Source: Fibrobacteria bacterium (GTDB lineage: Bacteria > Fibrobacterota > Chitinivibrionia > Chitinivibrionales > FEN-1185). From it: a stretch of 64,000 bases of DNA. The position numbers and the translations under genes were made by a program. The notes beneath the pieces are model-generated. The model saw only the letters and a list, made by a program, of their open reading frames with translations. It did no database searches and was not told the origin of the DNA. Below, piece after piece: positions 18,502 to 28,395 of this stretch (its first letter is position 1; each line of letters starts with the position of its first letter). The stretch is taken from the NCBI GenBank assembly GCA_037447435.1, contig JBBIGR010000027.1:1-64000 (forward strand). Reading direction: 5' to 3'.

Positions 18502-19431
18502 TCAGCTATTCGAAACCATAGAATATACGTTTTCTACAGTCCCACACGGTATAACATTTAATCGAGAATCGCACTTTCTGGCCAATCCGGAAACGACATT
18601 GCCCGGTCCTACTTCAATGCAGGAACCGTGATCGCTTGATGCAAGAAATGCCATTGAATCGATCCAGCGTACCGGAGAGGTCAATTGTTTGACAAGAAGC
18701 GCCTTAACAGTTTCGCCCGATGTTTCTGCCTGAGCGGTAACATTTGCTATGACCGGGCATTTGGGATCGTTAAAGCTATATGGCGCAATAAACGCGGCGA
18801 ATTCTTCGGCGCAAGGAGCCATAAGAGGCGAATGAAATGCACCGCTAACCGGCAACTGTATTGCGCGTTTAGCACCGACTTTTTTTAATACTTCACAAGC
18901 TTGAGAAACTGCAGGTATTTCACCGGAAATCACTATTTGGTCCGGACTATTTTCATTTGCACATACGACAATGCCGGCGACACCGCGAGTAAGGGCATCA
19001 ACGATTTGTTGTTTAGGCAGTCCGATAACTGCGGCCATTGTTCCGGGTGCTTTCTTTCCCGCATCGGCCATAAGTGAACCGCGTTTTGCGACAATGGTTA
19101 ACCCGTCTTTGAAAGAAAAAACGCCGGCGGCATATAAGGCACTGTATTCGCCAAGCGAATGCCCTGCACAAAAGCTTGGCATTACGCCTTTTTCCTTAAG
19201 ACTATCGGTAATAATGGACTCGACCACAAACAATGCCGGTTGAGTATTTTGCGTCTGAGTCAATTGGTCTTCGGGCCCGTTAAATATGAGCGATGCAAGG
19301 TCACGACCTAGTATGGAATTACATTCGTCGAACCGTTGTTTGGCAAGGTCTGAGGATTCGAAAAAATCCTTGGCCATACCAACCTTTTGTGACCCTTGAC
19401 CAGGAAACAGAAACGTGTACTTCATTATCAT
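18502..19431 (-). CDS. fabD: Malonyl-CoA:ACP transacylase
   Basis: FLFPGQGSQ, NTQPAL, AGHSLGEY and LPVSGAFHS motifs. Confidence 0.97.
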   Translation of the reverse strand: MIMKYTFLFPGQGSQKVGMAKDFFESSDLAKQRFDECNSILGRDLASLIFNGPEDQLTQTQNTQPALFVVESIITDSLKEKGVMPSFCAGHSLGEYSALYAAGVFSFKDGLTIVAKRGSLMADAGKKAPGTMAAVIGLPKQQIVDALTRGVAGIVVCANENSPDQIVISGEIPAVSQACEVLKKVGAKRAIQLPVSGAFHSPLMAPCAEEFAAFIAPYSFNDPKCPVIANVTAQAETSGETVKALLVKQLTSPVRWIDSMAFLASSDHGSCIEVGPGNVVSGLARKCDSRLNVIPCGTVENVYSMVSNS

Positions 19432-19512
19432 TCTCCGTTTGTTTATGAGAGCCTAAATTTATTCACTAAGGTCAATCGGACAATTCATATTTTTTACAAG
19501 AGAAACCCTCTA

Positions 19513-20505
19513 TTAAAATCGGACTAAAACACTTCCCCATACAAGCCCGCCGCCCAGTGCGGTGAAAGCCACCACTGTACCCGGTTTAATTTTTCCATCA
19601 CTCCAAGCATCATTCAAAGCCAGGGGTATCGATGCCGATGATGTGTTCCCGAAGCGATCTAAATTAACTATGACCTTTTCTTTTGGCAAATGCATATGCT
19701 TGGCCATGGCATCGATTATACGGATATTAGCCTGATGAGGAATGAGTAAATCAACTTCCGCAAATGTCAGACCGGCCATTTGCAGGCATTGTTCGGTTGC
19801 TTCCCCCATAAGTCGAACGGCATGTTTGAAAACATCATTGCCGTTCATCCGCATATAACGATCATCTCCCCAAGCGGGAAGATACAGAATATCGCCCAAA
19901 CTGCCGTTACTTTTTAGGAAGGTGGACAATATACCGCGATCGGTACCGTCGGTGTTTTCACAAGCCTCCAGAACGACCGCGCCTGCACCATCGCCGAATA
20001 ATATACATGTCGTACGGTCGGTCCAGTCCAAGGTGCGTGAATTCATTTCGGCCCCAATGACCAACATTTTTGTACATTGACCGGAAAGAATCATTGAATT
20101 CGCAACAGTCAGTGCGTATACGAAACCGGCGCATGCGGCAGACACGTCGAATGCCAATGCCTTTGTGTTTCCGATATAATTCTGGATTTTGCATGCGGTT
20201 GACGGAAAAAAGCAATCGGGCGAAAACGTCGCACAGATGATCCCGTCGATTTCGTCGGCGGCGTATCCTGCTTTTTCCAAAGCATTTTTTGCTGCTTTCC
20301 CGCCGAGTTCGGACGTTTGCATAGGGTTGTTTTTTTCGCAAATATGCCGTTGCTTTATACCCGTCCTTGCAGAAATCCATTCATCAGTCGTATCGAGAAA
20401 CGATTCAAAGTCCTTATTCGGCATAATATGGTCGGGAACGCTTGTTCCAACAGACACTATTCGTGTGCGACGTAGTGGTGTCAACGTGATAATAACCCTT
20501 CCCAT
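19513..20505 (-). CDS. fabH: 3-oxoacyl-ACP synthase III
   Basis: AACAGF, LFGDGAGA, IPHQANIRI and GNTSSASIP motifs. Confidence 0.96.
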   Translation of the reverse strand: MGRVIITLTPLRRTRIVSVGTSVPDHIMPNKDFESFLDTTDEWISARTGIKQRHICEKNNPMQTSELGGKAAKNALEKAGYAADEIDGIICATFSPDCFFPSTACKIQNYIGNTKALAFDVSAACAGFVYALTVANSMILSGQCTKMLVIGAEMNSRTLDWTDRTTCILFGDGAGAVVLEACENTDGTDRGILSTFLKSNGSLGDILYLPAWGDDRYMRMNGNDVFKHAVRLMGEATEQCLQMAGLTFAEVDLLIPHQANIRIIDAMAKHMHLPKEKVIVNLDRFGNTSSASIPLALNDAWSDGKIKPGTVVAFTALGGGLVWGSVLVRF

Positions 20506-21488
20506 CCCTGCGCCACGGCGAATCCGAGCGCTTTTTTCTTTACAGATGATATTGCCGCCACAATTGCATTTGCAATGGCGCGTGATGACGAACTGCCGTG
20601 CGCTTTAAGCACGATTCCCCGAATTCCGAGAAACGGAACAGCTCCATAATTTTCCGGATTCAGCACAGACATATTGTCTTTTATTGCGGCTGCAAGTTCG
20701 GGATTGTTACCCAAATAGGACTTGGCCAGCAAATGAAAGCTTTCACATGTTTTCAAAAGAACATTTCCGGCAAAGCCGTCGCAAACCACAACATTTGCCT
20801 CACCAAGAAGTACGCCGGAACCTTCAATGAACCCTGCATACCCTTTACACCGTTTTGCCAAGAATTGCGCAGCTTCCGATAATGTCTTAGTACCCTTTGT
20901 GGATTCGGTCCCCACATTGAGAAGCGCGACTTTTGGCTGTGGAATCTCGAGGTATTTATTGACATATGAATACCCCATGAGACCAAAATCAACGAGATGC
21001 TCGACACGGCAATTAAGGTTCGCGCCGACATCGAGCAAAAGAGTCGGGTGCTTTCCCGTTGTCGGCAAAAACGCGGCCAAGGCCGGCCGTTTTATGCCTT
21101 TGTGCCTGCCAAGAATGAAAATCGATGCCCCGAGCAAAATACCGGTGTCGCCGGCACTGATCGTCGCATCAACGGTACCTTGCTTTTGAAGAATTACCGA
21201 GCGGATGATCGAAGAATTCGCCCGCAAGCGCCATACTCTGGAACGAAGCTCGCCCGGTGAAACTTTATCGATGCACGGTTCTATGACCATGCAGCTTTTT
21301 CTTTCCTGCTCCGAAACCCCTAGTTCATCGAGCAAATCGCTTATACGAGAAGCGTCGCCGCATAGATACGCAACAAACGGATCCGTACAAAGACGTTTGG
21401 CTTCAAGAATTCCTGTAAGAATTACTTTCGAGCCATTGTCACCACTGGTGACATCAATGGCAAGACGGATGGGAAGCATGGTCGGCAA
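20481..21488 (-). CDS. plsX: Phosphate acyltransferase PlsX
   Basis: RLAIDVTSGD, SAGDTG, LLDVGAN, VVVCDGFAGNVLLK and KAHGSS; lies between rpmF and fabH. Confidence 0.93.
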   Translation of the reverse strand: MPTMLPIRLAIDVTSGDNGSKVILTGILEAKRLCTDPFVAYLCGDASRISDLLDELGVSEQERKSCMVIEPCIDKVSPGELRSRVWRLRANSSIIRSVILQKQGTVDATISAGDTGILLGASIFILGRHKGIKRPALAAFLPTTGKHPTLLLDVGANLNCRVEHLVDFGLMGYSYVNKYLEIPQPKVALLNVGTESTKGTKTLSEAAQFLAKRCKGYAGFIEGSGVLLGEANVVVCDGFAGNVLLKTCESFHLLAKSYLGNNPELAAAIKDNMSVLNPENYGAVPFLGIRGIVLKAHGSSSSRAIANAIVAAISSVKKKALGFAVAQGWEGLLSR

Positions 21489-21507
21489 GGTTCGAATTTA
21501 GTTACAA

Positions 21508-21687
21508 TCATTCTTCCGGCTGGATACGTTCCACGCCAGCGTAAAATCCACAATTCGGACATACACGATGAGACGCTTTCGGCTGTTTGCAATGCGAACA
21601 CAATGTCGGAGCAACCGGTTTCAGTTTAAAATGAGTTCTCCGCAAATCCCGACGTGTACTTGATATTCGCCTCTTTGGAAGGGCCAT
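21508..21687 (-). CDS. rpmF: 50S ribosomal protein L32 (Zn-ribbon type); missing from the supplied ORF track
   Basis: Translated by hand as MALPKRRISSTRRDLRRTHFKLKPVAPTLCSHCKQPKASHRVCPNCGFYAGVERIQPEE (59 aa), with an AGGAGG RBS. Confidence 0.96.
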   Translation of the reverse strand: MALPKRRISSTRRDLRRTHFKLKPVAPTLCSHCKQPKASHRVCPNCGFYAGVERIQPEE

Positions 21688-21722
21688 TGTTTCCTCCTGC
21701 TATTTATTAATAAATTACTACT

Positions 21723-22223
21723 TTACTTCTTTAACTTTTTTAGCGCATCCCATCGGGGGTCGATTGGTTCGACACCGTGTTTTTCGGGCGCCGTATCATG
21801 CTCTTCATTTACAAACCCAAACCCTTTGCAATCGTCGGAACATAACGGTTTCATAGGGATTGAAATCAGTACTTCTTCATAAACAAGCGACGTCGCATCG
21901 ATATCGTCGGTTGTGTCGTCGTACACAAAATCAATTTCATCTTCGGTAAAATCGCCGTCTTTTCCAGTTTCACCGCGATGCACGCAAACGATTCGAAAAT
22001 CGCCTTTAATTGGAAACTCAATCGGTGCCAGACACCGGGAACAATCGACGGAAACATTACCTTCATAAAAAATACGAGCATGCACTTGAGACCGTATCCG
22101 GTCAATTTCAGCATGACATGCTATCTTTTTTGTCCGAAGCCACTGTGCTTGTTCATCATTTAATTCAACGACTTGCGACAGTACGCTATGTCCTTCGGGT
22201 ATCCTTTTTATCGGAAGAATCAT
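21723..22223 (-). CDS. yceD: DUF177/YceD family protein
   Basis: CSRCL, PMKPLCSDDCKG and IDPRWDALKKL motifs; directly upstream of rpmF. Confidence 0.9.
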   Translation of the reverse strand: MILPIKRIPEGHSVLSQVVELNDEQAQWLRTKKIACHAEIDRIRSQVHARIFYEGNVSVDCSRCLAPIEFPIKGDFRIVCVHRGETGKDGDFTEDEIDFVYDDTTDDIDATSLVYEEVLISIPMKPLCSDDCKGFGFVNEEHDTAPEKHGVEPIDPRWDALKKLKK

Positions 22224-22354
22224 AATGCAAAGCTCTTAAAATAATTCGTTTATTCGAAAAGAATCAAGAAAACCGTATGTGACTGGGCATTTTCTTTTTT
22301 CCCAGACTCATTGCAGAAAAAATATCGTTTTAAAAATACATTTTCATAGCCGGT

Positions 22355-23029
22355 TTACTGACTCGTTAGCGACGAAATAAGCGTACCGGCTTTTTGCAGC
22401 GTCTCGGCTGCCATTTTCGCTTTTTGCCTCATGATACGTTCCCGTAATTCTTCCTGTGCAGAATCTTCGGCTTTAAAATAAAGGTAATAGTATTGAGCCG
22501 CTTCGGTAAGTTGCTTCAGGCCATCTTTGACAAGCGAACCGCTCTCAACAAAAAGTGTATCGGTTATCTTTGTTTTATCGAATTCGGCAAATAATTGATC
22601 ACATTTCTTTTTCGTATCGACGCTTCGGGCAATGAGGCCGTCAAGATCGGTAGACATATCGCGAAGGTCGGTGTTCATCATAAATGTTGCGAGGCTGTTC
22701 GCTGCCTGAAGCGCGGAATTAAGCCTTGTCGCCGCAGCCATATGTTCTTTGTTTTGTCGCATTGCAGCCGAGTACTCCTGTTCGCGGGACTTCATTTGAT
22801 CTTCGGCTTTTTGTTTTTCCAATTCCAAACGTTTCAGCTCCTCAATTTTCTTGGCATTTATATCCGTGTTGACATATTGAACCGTTGCCCATACGGTCCC
22901 GGCAAGAATTATTGTTGCCAAGAAATAAGAAAAAGCCAAACGCGCTGCACCATGGGAATTAATCGCAACCATGTATGCGAGAAGCGTTACCGCAGCAAGC
23001 AGAATTAAAAGGAGGATTTCTACACTCAT
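22355..23029 (-). CDS. Hypothetical membrane protein (two N-terminal TM helices plus coiled coil)
   Basis: 224-aa ORF with AAGGA RBS, hydrophobic N-terminus and helical C-terminus. Confidence 0.7.
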   Translation of the reverse strand: MSVEILLLILLAAVTLLAYMVAINSHGAARLAFSYFLATIILAGTVWATVQYVNTDINAKKIEELKRLELEKQKAEDQMKSREQEYSAAMRQNKEHMAAATRLNSALQAANSLATFMMNTDLRDMSTDLDGLIARSVDTKKKCDQLFAEFDKTKITDTLFVESGSLVKDGLKQLTEAAQYYYLYFKAEDSAQEELRERIMRQKAKMAAETLQKAGTLISSLTSQ

Positions 23030-23068
23030 TGCATTTATTCCTTTGTAATAATTCGGGGGCTGTTGTTT

Positions 23069-23527
23069 TTAAAACGGTAAATCGTCATTTGCACCGGCAG
23101 GAGATGAATCCGGCATTGGCGCGCCTTGGTCAAAGCTCTCCTCTGTTGGTACGGGAATATCGGCCGAAGGACCGGCCGCTGCACCGCCCCCCGATGGACC
23201 TCCGCCAAGGAATTGCACGGTATTAACGAGGATTTCCGTTTTGTAGCGTTTATTGCCTTCTTTATCGTCCCAAGACCTAGTCTGAATTTTCCCTTCTACG
23301 TAACAGGAACGGCCTTTTTTAAGGTATTGATTGATAAGTTCGGCAGTTTTGCCAAAAGCAACGAGATTATGCCATTCGGTGATATCCTTGCGTTGCCCGG
23401 ATTTATCGGTGCGACGTTCCGTGGTTGCCAATGAAAAGGTGGCTACAGCCTGACCGCCCGGGGTATAGCGCATTTCAGGATCTTTACCAAGATTTCCAAT
23501 TAAAATGACCTTATTGACACCTGCCAT
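23069..23527 (-). CDS. ssb: Single-stranded DNA-binding protein
   Basis: [20 protein letters not shown] and C-terminal DDLPF. Confidence 0.97.
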   Translation of the reverse strand: MAGVNKVILIGNLGKDPEMRYTPGGQAVATFSLATTERRTDKSGQRKDITEWHNLVAFGKTAELINQYLKKGRSCYVEGKIQTRSWDDKEGNKRYKTEILVNTVQFLGGGPSGGGAAAGPSADIPVPTEESFDQGAPMPDSSPAGANDDLPF

Positions 23528-23640
23528 AATTCCTCCAAAATAGGATATTTATTTCAATCGTTTTTCGGTTTTCAAAAATTTCGTAAAATAAATCTACATT
23601 ATGAAACATCACTGCGCCAGACAGCCTTGGGCAAAGAGAG

Positions 23641-24231
23641 TTATTTAAACAGAGCCGGCACGTATAAAATCACCGCAACAACCGCCAATGCCGCCACAAT
23701 CGTCACGCTCCCCACGATTGCCCAGACCCTTGTTTTTCTTTGCGCGACGCGCTGTTCCTGATTTTTTTCCTTCCAAATCGTAATTCGGAGGGAATTTTTT
23801 TGGCCGAGTTTCGCGTCGCTGTTCCATAATTGGTCCCTCCGCTCACCTTTATCAACAGCCAAAAATACCTTCGTCACCTGCTTTGTAATGGACATGTCCG
23901 AATCCATTTTTTTCGTCTTAAACCCCAAAAACGGAACGCCCTTGGGCAATCGGATGGCCGGTACGATTACCTGGGCATCCAACAATTCGATATTCACCGT
24001 ACCGGAATCGTCGTCGTAATAGGAAAAAAATTTCGGCGGCTTTTCAAAAAAGTAAATGTCGAGCGTGTAGATGAGACTGTCGTTTCGGATTTTCGGCGCA
24101 TTGACGCGAACGGAATCGATGTGGAAGATATCGGCACAAGCTTCAGAGGTAAGCACCGTCGCACACAGCAACAGGCTCCAAGCAATTAAAGCGCCTAAGG
24201 CGGCCGAGGCCTTTGTCCGGAATAATACCAT
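23641..24231 (-). CDS. Hypothetical exported protein with C-terminal membrane anchor
   Basis: Signal-like N-terminus from MVLFRT, beta-rich middle and C-terminal TM helix. The start is uncertain. Confidence 0.6.
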   Translation of the reverse strand: MVLFRTKASAALGALIAWSLLLCATVLTSEACADIFHIDSVRVNAPKIRNDSLIYTLDIYFFEKPPKFFSYYDDDSGTVNIELLDAQVIVPAIRLPKGVPFLGFKTKKMDSDMSITKQVTKVFLAVDKGERRDQLWNSDAKLGQKNSLRITIWKEKNQEQRVAQRKTRVWAIVGSVTIVAALAVVAVILYVPALFK

Positions 24232-24356
24232 ACTGGAAAAACCCGATTTTTTATGTTTTAGGTTTTCGTCCCAAAAGGTATGCAATGGATTGATGTATTT
24301 TTACCTTAGTCTTTAAAAATGGCACATGCCCATGAAAACTGGGTAATAAAGGATTT

Positions 24357-25190
24357 ATGAAAGCATCTGAAAAATTTATTGAATATAAAAAAAACAAAAA
24401 AATCATCAGCATGGTCACTGCATATGATTTTCCCGCAGCTCGCATATTGAATGAATGCGGCGCAGACATCGCATTGGTCGGCGATAGCCTTGGCCCCGTT
24501 GTTCTTGGATACGAACGGACATCGCAGGTTTCGATGCAAGACATGATTCACCATGTAACGGCTGTTTGCCGGGGGGCAGGACAAACATTCGTTATGGCCG
24601 ACATGCCCTATGGCTCAATTGACACAAACGAATCCGCCTATGACAATGCCAAGGCGTTGATCGACGCCGGTGCCGATGCGGTCAAAATGGAAGGCGGGAT
24701 TTCCATAGTTCCGCAGGTTGATTTCATTGTGAAGCATAAAATCCCGGTTTGCGCTCATATTGGTTATATGCCGCAAACCGCCACGCGGCCGGCTGTCGTG
24801 GGAAAAACATTTGAGGAAGCGAAAAATCTCATCGAGGAAGCATTGGCATTGCAAAATGCCGGTGCATTCATGATCGTTTTGGAACTGATTCCGCAAAACC
24901 TTGCAAAGGAAATTTCAGCGATTCTGGCGATCCCGACAATCGGCATCGGCGCAGGCAAATTTTGCGACGGACAGGTACAGGTTTTTCACGACATGCTCGG
25001 ACTTTCGCCCCGCACATTCAGGCATGTCAAGAATTACGGGAGCGGTTTCGATGTTTTTTGCAGGGCGATTAAAGCGTATATCAGGGAAGTGCAATCGATG
25101 CAATTTCCTACCGACGCGAATGCATCCGTCATGAATGAGGATATTTTATCCCAGGTAAAAGACTGGCTCAAAAGCAATCCCGGGATATAA
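24357..25190 (+). CDS. panB: 3-methyl-2-oxobutanoate hydroxymethyltransferase
   Basis: MVTAYD, LVGDSLG, ADMPYGS, AVKMEGG and IPTIGIGAG..CDGQVQV motifs. Confidence 0.96.
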   Translation: MKASEKFIEYKKNKKIISMVTAYDFPAARILNECGADIALVGDSLGPVVLGYERTSQVSMQDMIHHVTAVCRGAGQTFVMADMPYGSIDTNESAYDNAKALIDAGADAVKMEGGISIVPQVDFIVKHKIPVCAHIGYMPQTATRPAVVGKTFEEAKNLIEEALALQNAGAFMIVLELIPQNLAKEISAILAIPTIGIGAGKFCDGQVQVFHDMLGLSPRTFRHVKNYGSGFDVFCRAIKAYIREVQSMQFPTDANASVMNEDILSQVKDWLKSNPGI

Positions 25191-25213
25191 AGACGCCGGT
25201 ATTTGTTTGAAAC

Positions 25214-25243
25214 TGTAGAGACGTACCATGCGACGTCTCTACA
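25214..25243. repeat. GTAG-family REP-like palindrome between convergent panB and glyA
   Basis: TGTAGAGACGT-accatgcg-ACGTCTCTACA, a perfect 11-bp inverted repeat containing the GTAG head. Confidence 0.65.
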
Positions 25244-25281
25244 CTATAAAAAAATGCACCTCGCCTATTGCCCGCCGCTCA

Positions 25282-26796
25282 CTACTTAAAATGCTTCTGC
25301 AACAGCGGCAAATTGATATTCGGATATAAAGGGAACTGATCGAGTAACGCATGGATGCGGTCCCGTGCCTGTTTCTTTACCGATGCATCTATTAAGTACT
25401 TTGCCTTTGAAGGCTTTCCGGCATTGTCTCCGGTTGCGGTGATTTCGGGTTTTGTATTTGCAAGGACCAATTTGATGATCGAGGCGATTTCTTTCATTTG
25501 CAAAAGGCCCATGCCAAGCGTCGTTATCGCGGGAGTACCTATGCGTAAACCGCTGGTATACCAGGGACCATTGGGATCGTACGGAAGCGAATTCCGGTTA
25601 AGCGTGATCGCGCATTCACGCAAACAGCTCTCGGCTTGGCGACCGGTAAGCCCCAGCGGGCGCACATCGATAAGCATGAGATGATTGTCAGTACCGTTCG
25701 TTGCAATTTTAAGCCCCTCGTCGCCAAGAGCCTTTGCAAGCGCCCTCGAATTTTCTACAATTTTAGCCGCATAAGTTTTATACGATTCCGTATTTGCTTC
25801 GGTAAACGCTATCGCCTTGGCGGCAATCACATGCTCAAGGGGACCGCCGATGACTAGCGGACAGCCTTTGTCGACATGTTCCGCAAATTCCTTGGTGCAC
25901 AAAACCATTCCGCCGCGAGGCCCGCGTAAGGTTTTATGCGTTGTGGTTGTCACGACCTGTGCATGAGGGATCGGATTAAAATCGCCGGTAAAAACTCCTC
26001 CCGCAACAAGGCCCGAAAAATGTGCCATATCTACCATGAGCACACTACCGACGCTGTCGGCAATTTCACGAAGGCGCTTGAAATTGATGGCACGCGGGTA
26101 TGCGCTGTATCCTGCCAAAAGGATGAGCGGTTTTATATCTTTTGCCATTTTCTCGAGTTCGTCGTAATCGAGCAGTCCGGTCTCTTTGTTGACTCCATAC
26201 GAATACGCATCGAACATTTGCGCAGAAACATTGTGCCGGTAGCCGTGGGTCAGATGCCCGCCGGAATAATAATCCATTCCCAAGAGGCGCTGATTGCCGC
26301 AGGCCGCACGCACCGCGTCCCAATCGGATTTTGACAAATGCGATGGGTTCGTTTCGGAAAGTTTTTCGAGCATCGGGGTCTCGACGCGAGCGGAAAGAAT
26401 CGCCCAAAACGCGATCAGGTTTGCATCGGCGCCCGAATGGGGTTGTACGTACGCATGATCGCATTTGAAAAGTTTTACCGCCTCGAGGCAGGCATATTCC
26501 TCGATATCGTCGACATTGTCGCACCCTGCATAAAAACGGTGACGGGCGAATCCTTCTGCATATTTATCGGTGAGCAGGTTCGCCATAGCGCTTTGAGTAG
26601 ACAAAGAACAATAATTTTCGCTGGCGATGAGTTTGAGATTGCTGCGTTGATCGGCAAGTTCGGAAACCACGGATGCGGCAACTTGAGGAGTTATTTTTGC
26701 CACTTCGGTAAGATTGGCTATATAGGCCAGAAAACCCGAATCGATTTTATCGAGCGGCGTCGACGACAAATACTCGGTGATCGCATTGGATGACAT
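25282..26796 (-). CDS. glyA: Serine hydroxymethyltransferase (long form)
   Basis: LKLIASENY, YVQPHSGADAN, GGHLTHG and TTTTHKTLRGPRGG (PLP Lys). Start re-called at MSSNAI after an AAGGA RBS. Confidence 0.96.
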   Translation of the reverse strand: MSSNAITEYLSSTPLDKIDSGFLAYIANLTEVAKITPQVAASVVSELADQRSNLKLIASENYCSLSTQSAMANLLTDKYAEGFARHRFYAGCDNVDDIEEYACLEAVKLFKCDHAYVQPHSGADANLIAFWAILSARVETPMLEKLSETNPSHLSKSDWDAVRAACGNQRLLGMDYYSGGHLTHGYRHNVSAQMFDAYSYGVNKETGLLDYDELEKMAKDIKPLILLAGYSAYPRAINFKRLREIADSVGSVLMVDMAHFSGLVAGGVFTGDFNPIPHAQVVTTTTHKTLRGPRGGMVLCTKEFAEHVDKGCPLVIGGPLEHVIAAKAIAFTEANTESYKTYAAKIVENSRALAKALGDEGLKIATNGTDNHLMLIDVRPLGLTGRQAESCLRECAITLNRNSLPYDPNGPWYTSGLRIGTPAITTLGMGLLQMKEIASIIKLVLANTKPEITATGDNAGKPSKAKYLIDASVKKQARDRIHALLDQFPLYPNINLPLLQKHFK

Positions 26797-26828
26797 AATG
26801 ATTTCCTTTGTTTTGTGGTGGCCCCGCT

Positions 26829-26898
26829 CTGCCCAGGCGCGCGACAGACAGGAGAACACTTCCCGATGGTAGGACCCATCCAAGCGCCAGTCGTTGGA
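26829..26898 (-). ncRNA. ZMP/ZTP (pfl) riboswitch upstream of glyA
   Basis: Minus strand reads AACGACUGGCG..GGAUGGGUCCUACCAUCGGGAAGUGUU..UGUCGCGCGCCUGGGCA. It has the GACUGGCG / CGCCUGGGCA pseudoknot hallmarks, and glyA is a typical target. Confidence 0.88.
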
Positions 26899-26986
26899 AA
26901 AAAGACAGAATCAAAAAATAATTAAATTGCAGGTGCGCAATGAGGAGTTCGTAAAAAACAGACCCTCATTTTAAGAAACCTTTCCC

Positions 26987-28384
26987 TTACCGGCAAACGC
27001 ATCGAAAGCCTCGTCGCGCAGTCCGGGTATCCGGTAAATTTCCGGGATCTCTTCCCGCACTGCGTATATACACCAAACCCAAATCGTTGTTATATGCTGC
27101 GCCGCGCAAAGCCCGCATAGTACCGCTGGCTGCCCCGACAGGGTCGGTTTGGCTTGACGAAGTATAAGGAGCAACCCAGTCGTGGCACCATTGCCAGATA
27201 TTTCCGCCCATATCGTATAACCCATAGGGATTCGGTTTTTTCGTTGCAACCGGATGTGTCGAATTGAGTGCATTTCCGTAATACCAGCAATATTGCCCCA
27301 CCGTTGCGTCCGACGAATCCTCCCCCCAGTAAAACGTGGTAGCGGTACCGGCGCGGCAGGCGAATTCCCATTCCGCTTCCGTAGGCAACCGGTATCCGTT
27401 TTTCGAAATAGTAAACACAAGATTCGTCAGTTTCCAGCAGCTGTCTCCCGGGGTCCCGGAAATACCGGTAAACGAATAGACAGTGTCTTTACCGTTTTGT
27501 TTGCTTCGACCATTGCAGTATAGTACCGCATCGTACCAGGTTTCATTATCTACCGGCCGATTGAGATCGCCGGTGAATGTTGACGGATTCACCCCCATCA
27601 CGGCAGCATACTGCGACTGCGTGACCAAGGTCGTATCGATAGAAAACGTCGTTACCGTCACCTGATGCACAGGTGCGGCATTGACTGTGTACGGGCTGCT
27701 GCTTCCCATGGTAAAAGTTGCTCCCGTCAAGCGCCGCATACCGGGACCGTTATATTGTAAGTTCAAAAAGTCATAGGTTCCGGTCGGATTTGTCACCACG
27801 AGTTCCATTGGTTTCAACCCGAGCTTACTGCACCTCAAGGTGTCTGAAAAAGCAACAGACACTTTCCGGCTTCCAACATTCTTATCGGCAAGTGCCGGAT
27901 TTCCAAGGACTGCAGAACCTGACCGCAGGGGATAATACGTATAGTGATATTCGGCCCCGCCAATCGTTACATGAACAATTGCAATGCCGGCAATCATTTT
28001 TTGGCCCAAAGAGACAGGGATATGGTATGACCCTATTGCAAGATTCTTGTCAAAAACAGTTCCAAGGAACGCACCCGATAACGAATACAATCCTATTGAC
28101 ACTCTTTGCATTCTGTCCAAGGAAATCGAGCAATATGGTCCGGTGAGAACCGGTAAGGCCGGAAAAGACATTTTATTTGAAAAGGTTATAGCCGTCGGAC
28201 CGACGATTTTGTACGAACCCAAGGAATCGGTTACAGCTTGTAAACCTGCTTTCTTCAGTATAAGTGCCGCATTGGCAACCGGTTTTCCGTTCGCCTGGAC
28301 AGTGCCGGTAATCGAGATATTTTGGGCAGATACGATACATGCTGCGCACATCAGGAAAACAAATGTGCAATACGTTTTTTTCAT
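26987..28384 (-). CDS. Secreted formylglycine-generating-enzyme (SUMF1/FGE-sulfatase) domain protein
   Basis: FTMGS, VTQSQY, GYRLPTEAEWEFACRAG, PNPYGLYDMGGNIWQW and RGFRCVCR motifs; signal peptide. Confidence 0.88.
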   Translation of the reverse strand: MKKTYCTFVFLMCAACIVSAQNISITGTVQANGKPVANAALILKKAGLQAVTDSLGSYKIVGPTAITFSNKMSFPALPVLTGPYCSISLDRMQRVSIGLYSLSGAFLGTVFDKNLAIGSYHIPVSLGQKMIAGIAIVHVTIGGAEYHYTYYPLRSGSAVLGNPALADKNVGSRKVSVAFSDTLRCSKLGLKPMELVVTNPTGTYDFLNLQYNGPGMRRLTGATFTMGSSSPYTVNAAPVHQVTVTTFSIDTTLVTQSQYAAVMGVNPSTFTGDLNRPVDNETWYDAVLYCNGRSKQNGKDTVYSFTGISGTPGDSCWKLTNLVFTISKNGYRLPTEAEWEFACRAGTATTFYWGEDSSDATVGQYCWYYGNALNSTHPVATKKPNPYGLYDMGGNIWQWCHDWVAPYTSSSQTDPVGAASGTMRALRGAAYNNDLGLVYIRSAGRDPGNLPDTRTARRGFRCVCR

Positions 28385-28395
28385 GGAAAAAGCCT

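Noticed and set aside
26797..26883. N-terminal extensions in the ORF track (glyA; also starts at 10233, 11428, 15330, 32331, 34802, 48277, 60861)
   Set aside because: They run into a riboswitch, upstream genes or spacers. Downstream starts fit better on RBS, signal peptide or family N-terminus.
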